A stretch of 64,000 bases of DNA, taken from NCBI RefSeq assembly GCF_964204865.1, contig NC_135258.1:21514001-21578000 (forward strand). The letters are read 5' to 3'. Both the position numbers and the translations under genes were made by a program. Under the pieces are notes generated by a model, which saw only the letters and a program-made list of their open reading frames with translations, did no database searches and was not told where the DNA came from. This DNA is from Styela clava. Taxonomy: Eukaryota. This document shows positions 13,301-25,193 of this stretch, piece by piece. The stretch's first letter is position 1; every line of letters begins with the position of its first letter.

Positions 13301-15961
13301 TTACACACACCCACGAAAATTATTAAACGTCCTACTGAAGGTATTTAGGTTTTACATTATAACACATCAAAGCGAAAAATGCCGCCGTGTCACAGATTAT
13401 CTCCTGTTGTTAATTCCAAGATGCTTCACTTCAAGGCCACCGAGTGCTTGTCGTTTATTCTGCCTATTCAAATCAATATGGCTTGAATTGGTGTTCAATT
13501 GCAGTGCAAATACTCGAGATAAAAGAGAGTTTTTGGCTGTGGAATATGCTCGGGCCTTTTACCCTAGCACAAAAAGGAATGTTGCTCTGTAAAAGTCAAA
13601 CTCCAAAACAACGAATTTTCACGGTATAAGTATTACAAAAAAAGCACTGCTTGGTTTGCCTAATTCATACGGTATTCCGAGTCAATCGAATCAAAAAGTC
13701 AAAATATATTTTTGCATACATTGCATTTCTAGACAGGACTTACAAATTTAATACAATACCAGGAAGCCTCAGAGAGCTATTGTGTCCGCTGAAATAATTA
13801 AATTTTTCGTTCAATTTGGTATAATATAATAACAGATTTCTTTTGGTCTATGAGTCGCTACTTACGACTTAATAGAAAATAAACACATTAGAAAAGCATG
13901 TGGAAACAGAAATTATCGTTTTAGTCATGCTATTCTGAAATAATTACTGTCGCCAACAGTAAATACCATCATTAAGAGTTACCGGATGTACCTGACTTCT
14001 GTTGGTCGCGCATGAATTACTCTGTAATTTTATCTGCAGTTAAACAGTGTCGTTTTCGTAATATCGTGTTTGGTCAAAAATGATACATCATTAAATAAAA
14101 TTTAAAATCTGTGACTTGCAAACCAACGATAAGGATAAGGACCGAAAACAACTTGGCGACACCGTCCTAAGCAATTGATATTAGTCGTATATTATATATT
14201 AAAATGACAATTTCGCAAACGTAAATAGGGTTGTCAATTTCTGAGTATGAGCCGTGAATATATTACCTGAACAATAAATTTCTAACTGATAAAATTTTGT
14301 AATTACTAGTTACACAAAACAATTTATCAAAGCTATTTTAGTGATAAGTCACACTCAAACTTTTGAAACGCCACATTTGACAACAATAGGGGTACTGAAT
14401 TTCCAGTAAGAGTTTGACATTAATGAGAAATGATTCTAATAAATAAATTGAGCCAGACCGAAAAAGAATCCGATAGTGAAAATTCAAAGCTGAAATCACT
14501 GCTCAAAACCACGTCGCAACGAATGCCAAGTCTTCTTATTAGAATGGCGTTCAATATTTAACGTCTGCATTTAAAAATCCTCTTGTAAAATTAAATTATA
14601 TATTTTACAGATAATCCGAAGCGAAAGAGTCTAATTTAAGGGTCGAGCACCTTTACAAACAATTGGCACCTTCTTATTTTTTTTTATCGAAGCTTGCCAT
14701 TCGTGCTATTGAAAATAAGCATTAATTACTTTGTACTTATCGGTACAAGATATACATGATAATAACTACCTCTAGTTTCACACGACCCTAATCGCGGTAA
14801 GTAAACACTAGATATTCAATGAGTCTGTTAAGCTGAAGTGCTATTTCAATTTGTGCAGGTGTGATAAACTGGAACATTAGCGATAAAAACCGGAGTATGG
14901 ATCTTACGTAGATTCTGAGTAAAACATCGGGTCATTAATAAATATATTTGAAATATGACAAAGAATAGGCCTACAGATATTATAATTTGGAAATCAGTGT
15001 TGTTCGCTAACCGAAAATGTTCTTTGCTGAACAAACGCAATTTTTTGGGTCTCAAAATATTTACACGAAAATGCGCGGCATACGACCAAAGTAACAAAGC
15101 ATAATAAGTTTACTATAAAGAAATAGAGGAATGAATTTTTAAGCATTCTCGTGTTTTAATGTCGTTTGAACGGAGTATTCCATCGCCAGGCCATATTCGA
15201 ATGAGTTTAAAATAATGAAAATTCTGATGGAATATCGGACAAGTCTTTGCTACTATTGATCACGATTCAGTTATGATAAAATTAGCACATAAACAATGCG
15301 AATTATCCGTGGACCATCCACAATGGGGCGTGTCCTGTTTGAATAGCTCATTCCTACTTCCGCGGTATCTGTTCGACATTACTACAGGCACGGAAGATGA
15401 CAAACACTAAAACTAGGTCTTGCTGGTTAATAATTAGACAAATGATTAATAACGAAGCCAATTGCTCGTAAAATACAAATAGGCGATCCGTTTTTTGATC
15501 ATAAAAATGTTGTTTATACAAACTGAGTATATACCGAGACCAGGCAATCGCATCTGATTATCCAAATGTACTCTAAGATATAAATCAATTTTGGTATGCC
15601 GAAGAAAAAAGACATTTCAATTATGTGAAGCTGTTTGTGTTTGGCGAAAACATGTTTCAATTTTTTGATTAACGTGTTTGTTAACATTTGTTGCACCTTT
15701 CTGTTCCAGGCTCTATTGCGTAAAGTCTGTGGCAATAATCGTCCTATAATCAAGAATGAAAAGTCCTCTGTAACGCTGGAGAGACACCGTGAAATCTGCT
15801 CGCCAACTTACCGCTATCTAATATTAGCGCAGAGCAATTAAAAGTATATATATTGTAAATAAACCCTTACCTCCTTTTAGTGAAACTTTCGCTTCACAAA
15901 TCATAAAACAAAAGAGAAAACATAAGAAACTCGACCACGCTGTTGTTGACAATTTCGGCAT
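7302..15961 (-). CDS. FGFRL1: FGF receptor-like 1 (FGFRL1)-like protein, 5' part: signal peptide and first Ig domain; the rest lies left of the window
   Basis: Exons 15961-15871 (MPKLSTTAWSSFLCFLFCFMICEAKVSLKG), 10756-10637 (GPPRLTGESKVKLSAVIGEAVVLPCTIEADSPPLISWKLN) and 7460-7302 (GEEILGLRNRFKILKSGLNLRIRDVRISDAGTYKCTATNPYGSVDHEIKLTVK); all GT-AG, phase 1. Resembles vertebrate FGFRL1 Ig1 (GPP...C.VEGDPPPLTMW...RFRVL...DAGVYVCKATNGFGS). Only one Ig domain is visible, so orthology is tentative. Confidence 0.72.
10901..11200 (-). mobile_element. tRNA-derived SINE (degenerate)
   Basis: Pol III B box GGGTTCGAATCCCG on the minus strand (11173-11186) and an AATAAACCTATCCATCC-type tail at 10901-10920. 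Boundaries approximate. Confidence 0.5.
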
Positions 15962-16997
15962 CTTTCTCCTGCAATAAAAGTAGCAATGATTAAACTGGAT
16001 TACTCGTAGAAGGATTCTCTACTATCGAAGCCCAGGAGTACGCGATACGACTTTTCATTGTGATGTCACAATATGCTCTTTTCATCAAATCGATAAGTGA
16101 ACAAAGTGTGTCATGCACGCAATCGAAATGAGAAGAATAGATGTTCCCCGGATCACCGAATTCCTTGTTCAACTTTGCCTATCAGTAAGGACTAAGAAGT
16201 CAACAGTGACATAACAATTGAGCAGCCGCTCTGAAATCATCTATTTCAGGCAAATTTAACGCGTGATTATATATGGTATTCATTCGTTATTTTGTCTTCA
16301 GGATTGTATTAGTTTGGTTGCAGTTATCAAGAATATCCGAAAAACTAAATAGACAAAGCTTGTAAAATTAACTGTACTTTTTAGTGGCGTTTCACACCTT
16401 GGGACGAAATGTTGATTTTAAAAATGTAAGTCGAATTGCCACTCGCTATAATGTTCTTCAGATAAGCATAAAAATTTGCAATGGTGAATTATAGCAGTTG
16501 TCAAGGGTCAATCCACTGTAATCATTCTGTGAATAAGAGATGCGAAATACCATCAAACCTATTTCAATAATATCTCCACGCCAAAAGCATAACCGCGCAA
16601 GTTTTGATGAGATCGGGGTATTGAATTTTACACCACCCTGTGGACACGTAACTATTATCAACTCAGAATAATGTAATGACAACTAATGTTTCAAGATTGA
16701 GAATAGCAAGAAACAATGAAATCGTTGGTGGTGTTTGGGTAGAGGACATTATTTGCGAAATGGTAAATAACCTCGGGTTCCAGCTTCGCACTCGACTATA
16801 TTCACTTATTGAGAATATTGGGCATCTTTGTGATGGTTGAGTTTTTCACGATCATATAGAAAAGGGTCACAGAATATTTAAGCAATTATTATGTCAATGT
16901 CAAATACTTAATTGAATATACCGCCATTGATTTTGATCATCTCACAAATATGATAATTCTGGAGTTCAATATTCATAATAATATTAAATGAACGCAC

Positions 16998-17304
16998 CTG
17001 AATTTTGATATAAAAGCATCTTCTCGATAAAGGCATGCGGCCGATGGCAAGAGTTTTGTTTTTGTTAAAATATTGTTCTTTGAAACGCCACTACTTATTA
17101 AATAATCCATGTTCTCCGAAGTTCTATTGGAACGAAAAGATGAGCATTTGTTGACCGGATGTCGGCCATATTTGTCCCATGGGTCCATGCTGAATCGACG
17201 CACTATCCGACAAGTAGTTTCGGCGCATTTGAAAGCATCTAACTCCCGCCGACCTTCCAGACAATTTGCGGCATTCATGTTTGGCACATCAATTCAAAAT
17301 TCTC
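16998..17304 (-). other. Upstream exon of the FGFRL1-like gene (5' UTR or in-frame N-terminal extension)
   Basis: Acceptor ctcacag| at 17305 and donor AG|gtgcgt at 16997. The ORF from ATG 17278 would splice in frame to the acceptor at 15968. Confidence 0.5.
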
Positions 17305-19814
17305 CTGTGAGTATTCAATATTCAAATGTCGCTCAATTCTTCTTTTAAATACATTTCCACTGAAGGTTAAACCGAAAAGTCTTGAAACACTGAATTGCTG
17401 ATTTTAGATTATCTGATGTTAAAAGCGTATTATATTCATAAACAACAATTTTCTGCAACCAACTATAAATGCAGTATTATTAATAGTATCGTATACTGTA
17501 ATCAAGTCACCTGACCAAAATGATATCCATTTGAGATATGAGTTACCTTTGAAATCGACTAGTCACATAACATAAGTACGAAAGCAAACGCTATCGCTGT
17601 TTGAGCATGGCACGTTGATAAACTGGCCATTTCTGTCTAGATATAATCGTAAATTACGGAAAATAATTATGCAGTGCTAAAAAAAATTCCTCGGTAATAC
17701 CAAACGATACTCGCTGATAAATAAAAACTATACAGTGGTATGATCTACTACAACGTAATTCTCTTAATTTTCATACATACAAACCCCCTAATCAGACGGT
17801 AACATGTCGAAGCCACACCTGCGACAGAAACGACCGCGACATAACAATGCGTACAGATACAAGTCGCTCGCTATCTCCGTCACCTCTCTCTCTCGTGTTT
17901 CGCAACTTTTTTCTCCCAGTGTCGAATTTCGCGTACCTCAACTGCACACCGATAGTACGATATGCTAGGTACGTTCTGCTTATTGTAAGTTTGTAAAGCG
18001 GGACAATTCACAATATTTTTAATTGCTGTATTCATTCAGTAATTTTTCTAATACTTCGAAAAAAATGTCATATTCTAGTAGTGCGTGGATTACATTCTTG
18101 TATCTATGCTATATAACAACGGCAAGTTTAATGCTTACTTTATATTTTGTTTTAACTATTATTTCACCGTATATATTCAGAGTCAAATTTAATAAAAACA
18201 TTAGCCTTGAACTCGCGAAATTAAAGTTTCCAAAAAATTCAAATTTTATCACGCAACACGAAACGGCGAAAAAAGTGTACGTAATATTTTTCTGCTCAAT
18301 ATTGCTCAATTAGCCCCTAATTTAAATAAGAAAAAGTTGCACATGGCGCGAATAGAGCTATATGCAAATCCATTCTAATGACATAGTTATTAATAGGCGG
18401 TGGTCATCTCAGAGAAGTCAACACCGCTATCCCATCAATTCAACGAAACGGATTCTTTTTGAGAAAAAAACATCGAAGCGTAGAAATTGATCGGCAAGCG
18501 AAAATCATCCAATTTTACCATACGCCGGGAGGCAGCGCTAGTTTCTGCTCACACGGCTATGTATATACGAGACTCTAATAGACTCAACACTTTTTCAAGA
18601 AAACTAAGTTAGAAGAATTATTTCGGTTTTGTATATATATACAGTATATCTTCAGAATTAAGCCAAAAAGTTGAACCGCGGCAGTCTTTCTCCCCATTCC
18701 CCAAAATTGTGAAACAAAAAATTTCCACAAAACAAGTTGTTTGCACTAATGCGTATCCATCATATGTACGGCCAGCCTAATAAAAGTTATTTGACCGAAT
18801 GGATCCCAAGTTGATTCAAGCCTAATACTACAACTTGCATGGTGGTCTTTCTCATTTCTTCACATTTAGTTGCAAAACTTTGGTACAATGATCCTGTGCC
18901 GATTTCGGAATTGTGTCGTCGAAACAAGAATTAGCGGATCATTATTTGCGATACAGTGACTTATACAAATAATTCAACAAAAATATCAGCTAATTGAAAT
19001 GTCATGTATCGCTCGCTTTCCGGCCCGCGTAAGTAAAGAAAATAAACTTGATGTAGCCTTTGGCTTATCAGCAACTTTAACCTTAGTTTCATTGTGAATG
19101 CACTGCCCTGCAGTAACAATATCGACATTGCTGATCTGCGTTCATAAACCATGATCCATAGATGATTCTACGTTTAGATCACGCATGAGGGATAAATTTG
19201 ATGCCAACATCATAACATTCATAATCAACTCAAAAAGTCACAACGTACCTGCCTTAGAAAGGTCGTTTTCTTTATCCCAGATCACCCCTTTCATTTATGC
19301 AATTAAATGGTGGAAAATAGAAATATGAGCGCATGTGGCTCAGCCGTGACATGTGAACCGCACATAATTCCGCACGACGAGACAAACAGAAATACAAACA
19401 AAACGAGTCCAGTGGTTCTTATCTTGATGTGCGACATCTCATTAGTAATAAAAATCATCACTTTATAAATTTACAAAACAGAAGATGATAGCTCTATTTC
19501 ATAAATCTTCACAGTAAATACAATGGAAAACCATGACAAACATTTGAAACTAATAGACTTTTAAAAGATTGTATGATAAATGCCAAGTGTGGTCTATTAA
19601 GCATGTTTCATAATGAAGTTGTTTTTTCTTGTCTATGTCACTCGATTGTCTAATAACTTTTCAAAATTTCTAGAACATGGCTGCGATAAAAACGGTACAA
19701 CACTGTTAAAGTCCATTTTACATATTTAATAGTTAATTCATAACTAAACGAATCCTGTTGGTCAAGTCTAGTAGATTACTGAATAATCGGAGGAAAATGA
19801 GAAAAAACTCCACG

Positions 19815-22800
19815 TTACAGGATACAACATCTTGATTCGTTGGTTATAGCCATACTTCCTTGACCCCGTTGCGCCATCAAGTAGCTAAGACAATCAGTTA
19901 CGGCACGAGCAAAAGCAACAGCATCTTGCGCTGAGGTTTTGCTAGAGACAGTGGTGTGCATATCAGCCTTGCTGTGGAAGGGCAGGAATGACTGAAACAC
20001 TAAATCGTGACAGTCACGCTCTCTAAAGAATCCTTCTTTCCTTTGACCGCGCTTGCTACAAACCCCGAAAAAAGTCGCCTCACGGATTGGTGGTTGATAA
20101 TCATCTGAAGTAAATAAAAAAGTACATAGAAGTAATAAATCTACATGGAAGTAATATGCAAATATCTAAACTCAATATTAAGGAAATAGAACAGGTAGTA
20201 ATATATATGTTTTGGGAATTAGATCAGCCTATCGCGCGGTTAAACGGAATAATGTAATATGACGTCACATACACTTCAGATTCACTATTTTTTGAATAAC
20301 GTATTTATACCTCTTTAGCTTATGCCACTATAGTATGGCAGATCGGCATTGTCTACTCACCATAGTTGAGTATAGCGCTTTATTGACCACGGGGCCACTG
20401 TGTTATACATTAGAACTATTGCAACATCAGCAGTACAAACCTTCTTGCTGCATCATTTCCGTTGTTACATATTGATTTGTTAATGGATTTAGCTTTCTCT
20501 TCGTCTGTTTGTTTACTGATTGCAATGCCGATTTCCCACCATCTCTGCTTCTATCGAAAGTTGCCGTGACACAAGACGCATAAGGCGGTGGACCCGATTT
20601 TTGTATTGTTTCGAAATCATCCCAATTAAACGTGCTTTTCCGATACCACATTCCTGGTCCCCGGACATCCACTTCACTGTCAATTACTACAATGACGTCA
20701 TAGCAAGGGCGAACTCTGGAATTAAAGCGCATAATTGAGTTCGTCTTTCCCAAGAATAATTTGAATAGGAATGAATTACATAATTAAGTAAAAAAGAGTA
20801 AGAATTAAGTAAATAACTTAAATAATAACAAAAGATGCTCAAATATATGGATACGCAGGCCAAAACAAATGAGTGTCTATCGCAGTAGAGCAGTGTTCCC
20901 GACTTCGCCTGACCACCAGATCACAAACGCGGAACCGCCACAAGGTGCGCAATATTTAATTTTGATGATGTTGTCGCACAAAAAAAAATTATACCCCTTA
21001 CATCCAACAGAAATAAATGAAAGCAATAACTTTCGAGCAAAAAAATACAATCTTTAACCACTGAAAATTTCAGAGCAATTGATCCTGTAGTTAATGAGAA
21101 AAATGATTTTTTTCATAACAATGAGAATGAAAAAAGGGTACTCCTGAAGTATACGCATCAAGATGTTGCATAACCTGAACCCTGACCTGGTACACAACCT
21201 GAGTGCAGGTTGTGCGCCATTTTGGTGCGCATACTTCAGGAGGTCCGAAAAAAGAATTCTATCAACAACATAATAATAATAAACGATCCATATGTAATGT
21301 TCGTGTCCAAAAAGGGATCAAAAACATATAGTATAAACGAAATTACGTTTCAATAGCAGCGTCACATCGTATCTGAAACATTCCATGTGTTGTGATGAAA
21401 GGATCTCTTGTTTTTAATATCGATCGATCACAAGCAATAACGTCAGTTGGGATTTTGAATTTTTTCCTGAGTTCATGAACAAGAACAGCAAGTAGTTGCT
21501 CGTTTACTCGATTCGCTGTAAGAATAGCTGCACGGCACATTGTCAGGGGTCTGAAAACAAGAAATAAAACAAAAAAGTTATAAATATATTTATTCAAGTT
21601 TTACTAAAACAGAATAATTGAAGTCAGTTTTATGTTGATTACCTGGATTTTTCGAACTCTCAAACTTATCTTATTTTCCATTCTCTGCAAAAGAATCTGA
21701 TTTTCACTTCTGAGGTCTTGCACATCTTTAGCGCATTAAACCAATGGCTAGTCTAAATTTCGAGTTCAAATGCCTTTTGTAAAATCTGACATTACCGAAA
21801 ACTTTCACAAAAATACCATCCACGTAGGTGTAAATTGGTAACAATTCGTGTATATTATTATATTAATATATACTATAACCTTTTTCGTAGCTGCAGGGAT
21901 TCTTGGACAAATTTCCAAACAATGTTTACTGCATATGATGATGATTTTGTCAACAAATCTATCGTGGTTTTTGTTGAATGAACTTCAGCTTCTTCACAAT
22001 AATCACAACTCTTCCCAGGATGAAGTTTCCCCATATTGAAAGCATGTGGTCTCTCCGACTTCACGACAGCACATATGGGGATTAAACAAAATTTCCGTAT
22101 AATCAAAGGAATCCGAGGATTATCTGTGAGCTTCATCAAAATTTTTCTTATATTTTCTGATACATTGCGACCCAATTCTATCTTTCTATATGTTTCAATC
22201 ATCGAAAATGTATAATTTCCGTATTTCGACAACTCTTCTTTCTTGCGACACTTGATCATGCACATTCGTGCAACAGCGGCGCATGCATTTACTGTTCGAA
22301 GTGGATCGTTCTCAGGTGCGGGAGAGCACATAATAATTTTAACATTTTGTCGATTTGAAGGTATATTGTGAACTATTTTTGATCCCTTCGCTTCTGTTAT
22401 CATCCAAGTCTTTACAAAATTCAATATTGCTTTCGGTCCTCCCTCTGAGCATTTTGTCAGAATATTCCAAGTGTATAACAGCCTCACTGACCCTCCAGCT
22501 GTGATAATCCAGGTGTTATTATTTGTTTCAACAACATCCGTTTTGATTAGTTCAGTATGTCGAGGTTCCTCAGTAATTGCTTTTACAATAGAAGATAATA
22601 CTGGATGAGTATTCAAGCGACCAATGCTGACGTCATCTCCATCGGGAAGAAGTAGCAGATCAAACAACCTGTATGCAACATTTGCTTATTAATATGTCTA
22701 TGTTGGGAATGTTCATACTATAAATCGAATTATACCTACAGTATTTTTGAATTTATTATTGACTTGCTTATGTCGAGGCTAAATTAAAACTAGACGATAT

Positions 22801-23317
22801 ATTATTTTTCAATCAAGCGAGACGTGGCCATAGCAACAGAACAAAATTGAACAAAGCAGAAATTGCAAGAGGAATCAATAAACTGACATCCTTATAATAT
22901 AAATATGTCACTTAGGAGAATAAATTTAGACAATTTAATGAAAACGCTACATCAGACCTTGCTATGACCGTGACAAAGTTAGATCGTGAATAATTCTTTT
23001 CGAAATAGAAGTAATAGACTCACTCATTAGAACTTCTGAATGCTCGTTCAAGGCTGCATGTCGGTTTAATTACCAAACCGTTTTGGAGCGTGACAGGGTA
23101 CCAACCTACGAGAGAGAAACAGAGTGACATATTGCAGAAATACCCGTCAATGAAGAGACTGCTATGTGGAATGTAGAAGTAAATTACCCAAGACTTACTT
23201 ACCATCGGCTGATGCAATGATGACTTGAACTCCAAGATTGGAAAGCACTGATGATGTCACGATTACATCAACATCACTACTACCAGACGCTATTGCGATC
23301 AGAGCTTTGGGCTTCAT
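19815..23317 (-). CDS. Uncharacterised ~584-aa protein with two tandem divergent DJ-1/PfpI (class I glutamine amidotransferase-like) domains
   Basis: Six phase-compatible GT-AG exons: 23317-23203, 23105-23024, 22668-21880, 21550-21347, 20715-20441, 20104-19815 (1755 nt). An in-frame TAA lies two codons upstream of the ATG. N-terminus MKPKALIAIASGSSDVDVIVTSSVLSNLGVQVIIASADGWYPVTLQNGLVIKPTCSLERA...FDLLLLPDG aligns by eye with DJ-1 ([34 protein letters not shown]...VVICPDASLEDA...YDVVVLPGG). A second copy reads RAAILTANRVNEQLLAVLVHELRK...FQIRCDAAIETVRPCYDVIVVID...TTVSSKTSAQDAVAFARAVTDCL. Confidence 0.75.
21137..21246. mobile_element. Palindromic 110-bp MITE (GG...CC ends, 8-bp TSD)
   Basis: GGTACTCCTGAAGTAT...ATACTTCAGGAGGTCC; perfect TSD GAAAAAAG (21129-21136, 21247-21254); related copies at 31347 and 37748. 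Confidence 0.85.
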
Positions 23318-25193
23318 TTCTTAGTAATGATGATTTTAAACTCTCGAAAAGATTTAGTACTGTTACTTGTGACGAAATAATGAAACGAATTACAAACTAC
23401 AATATTTTTATCACTACCAGTAGAAGTAGCGCGAGATTTTACGTCGCTATCTGTTTCTAAACATAAATAATTGTTTGGGCACAATTAATCCGAGAATTCA
23501 ATTTCAAACAAATTCATTTAACGCCGTATTTGCACCGCGTGATTGTTTTTTTCTTGCCATTGATGTAAACTGCTTGTCTGGGGAAGTCTGATTTTGGTCA
23601 GACGAACGTCACAGAAATACATTTGTGTTAGTATGCAGCAAGACTCTTCGAATTGCATGGTACAGCATTACTATTTTTTTTTTTATAAATCCATGTTAAA
23701 CAACCATACCAGATACATTTCCACCCACCCCACTATATCTGAAGGTGCTTTAAATGATTTCTATGCAAAAGAATATATTCTGTCAAATTTCCCTTGCATG
23801 TTCCTTTGAAACATGTCTTTTTCCTTGTTGGTTGAGGAAGGAGGAGATTAGGCCTCGATAAAATCGACTAGTGCGTCAGATCGCCAATGGATGCGTCAAA
23901 TGAATCATAGCGTGCGAAGGCTATGTGGATCCTTACGGCGAGCTTCATCAAACCTCATAAAACTTCTATTTTCATTTACGGATGACAATCCCATACAAAG
24001 AAAACAGTTTCTACTGTGGCAAATGTTTTATTGCAGAAAGAAAAACAAAACTTACCGATAAATAAACTCCACAAGTGAATATAAAATAAGTATATACAGT
24101 CAAAACATTTCATTTGTTATCTAGGTTTCACGGCAAGAAGATCTAGAATGGCACATTCATTTAAAAAACAAAACAAAAGAGGCGTTAAGGGTAATGCCAA
24201 CTAGGCAAGAGATTCAACTAGAGGAATGTAAATAAAAATAAGTTATGAGATTAGGTACCTAATAGCAAAAACTCAAATTCAATATTAATTTGGATAGACT
24301 GCATTGTTTATGCCACTTTAACTAAGGTGACCAGTGTGGCGTTCTACTTGGCTGTGGTTCAATTTTTTTCTGCTCAATTCAAATTGCAATTTATCCCAGA
24401 GAAACCAAGAACGATTGGAAAAAAATGAGTTAAAAAAAGAACAGAGTTGTACTAGGTTACTACAGTTCAAACTATGATCACAGTGGAAAATATGATACTC
24501 TATAAAATACTATTGTGAAGTTAAGAAGGAAGAACAATATTATCATAAGGATATTAGTAAGTGGTGACAGAGGAATAGCTTAATTAGAAAAATATTAATC
24601 CCATCGAAGAAACAATATAGCAATGCCTATTGCCTACCATATTGGAGTAGTTTATTGATACTGATGTATTTAATAAGAAGTAACTAAGGCAACTGCCAGA
24701 ATAATTTGTCAAAAAAGGAGTTGATATTTCAAAACAAAATAAGTTCAGTACATTTACAACATATAAATCTTTTGCACCTTTTGACCTGTGTTGATTAGAT
24801 ATAAACAAAAAATGGCAATATGACCAAAAATAAAAGAAATCCATACACTTTGAAGAGAAATGAAAGAAGAACTAATTAGATTAATGCACATTGCACATAT
24901 TTCAGAATATACATAAATAGATTGATTTTTAGGGTTTATAGCAGTATAACAAACGCAACTTGATGCTTCAATATTTAGTGAATTTTCAACCGTTTTCCCA
25001 AATGAAAAAAAATTTGCACTCAACCCCAAAAGAATATTCACAAAAATAAAATAAACAAACAAAAATATATATGAACTGAAAACAGTGGAATAGCAATACA
25101 GAATTAAACACAGTGGTAGATGAACATTCATCTGCAACTTCTCCCAGCCAAAATTGAATTACAAGGTTTTTCTGAAAATTTATAGATCAAATA

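Noticed and set aside
21643-21800. Extra exon of the DJ-1-like gene (donor-like CAG|GTAATC at 21642)
   Set aside because: The phase-compatible acceptors I tested all lead to stops, whereas direct splicing 21880^21550 keeps the frame. It could at most be an alternative terminal exon giving a one-domain isoform.
24030-25190. ORFs 24584-24844 and 24754-25137
   Set aside because: Low-complexity F/I/L-rich translations of the AT-rich cyclin J 3' UTR.
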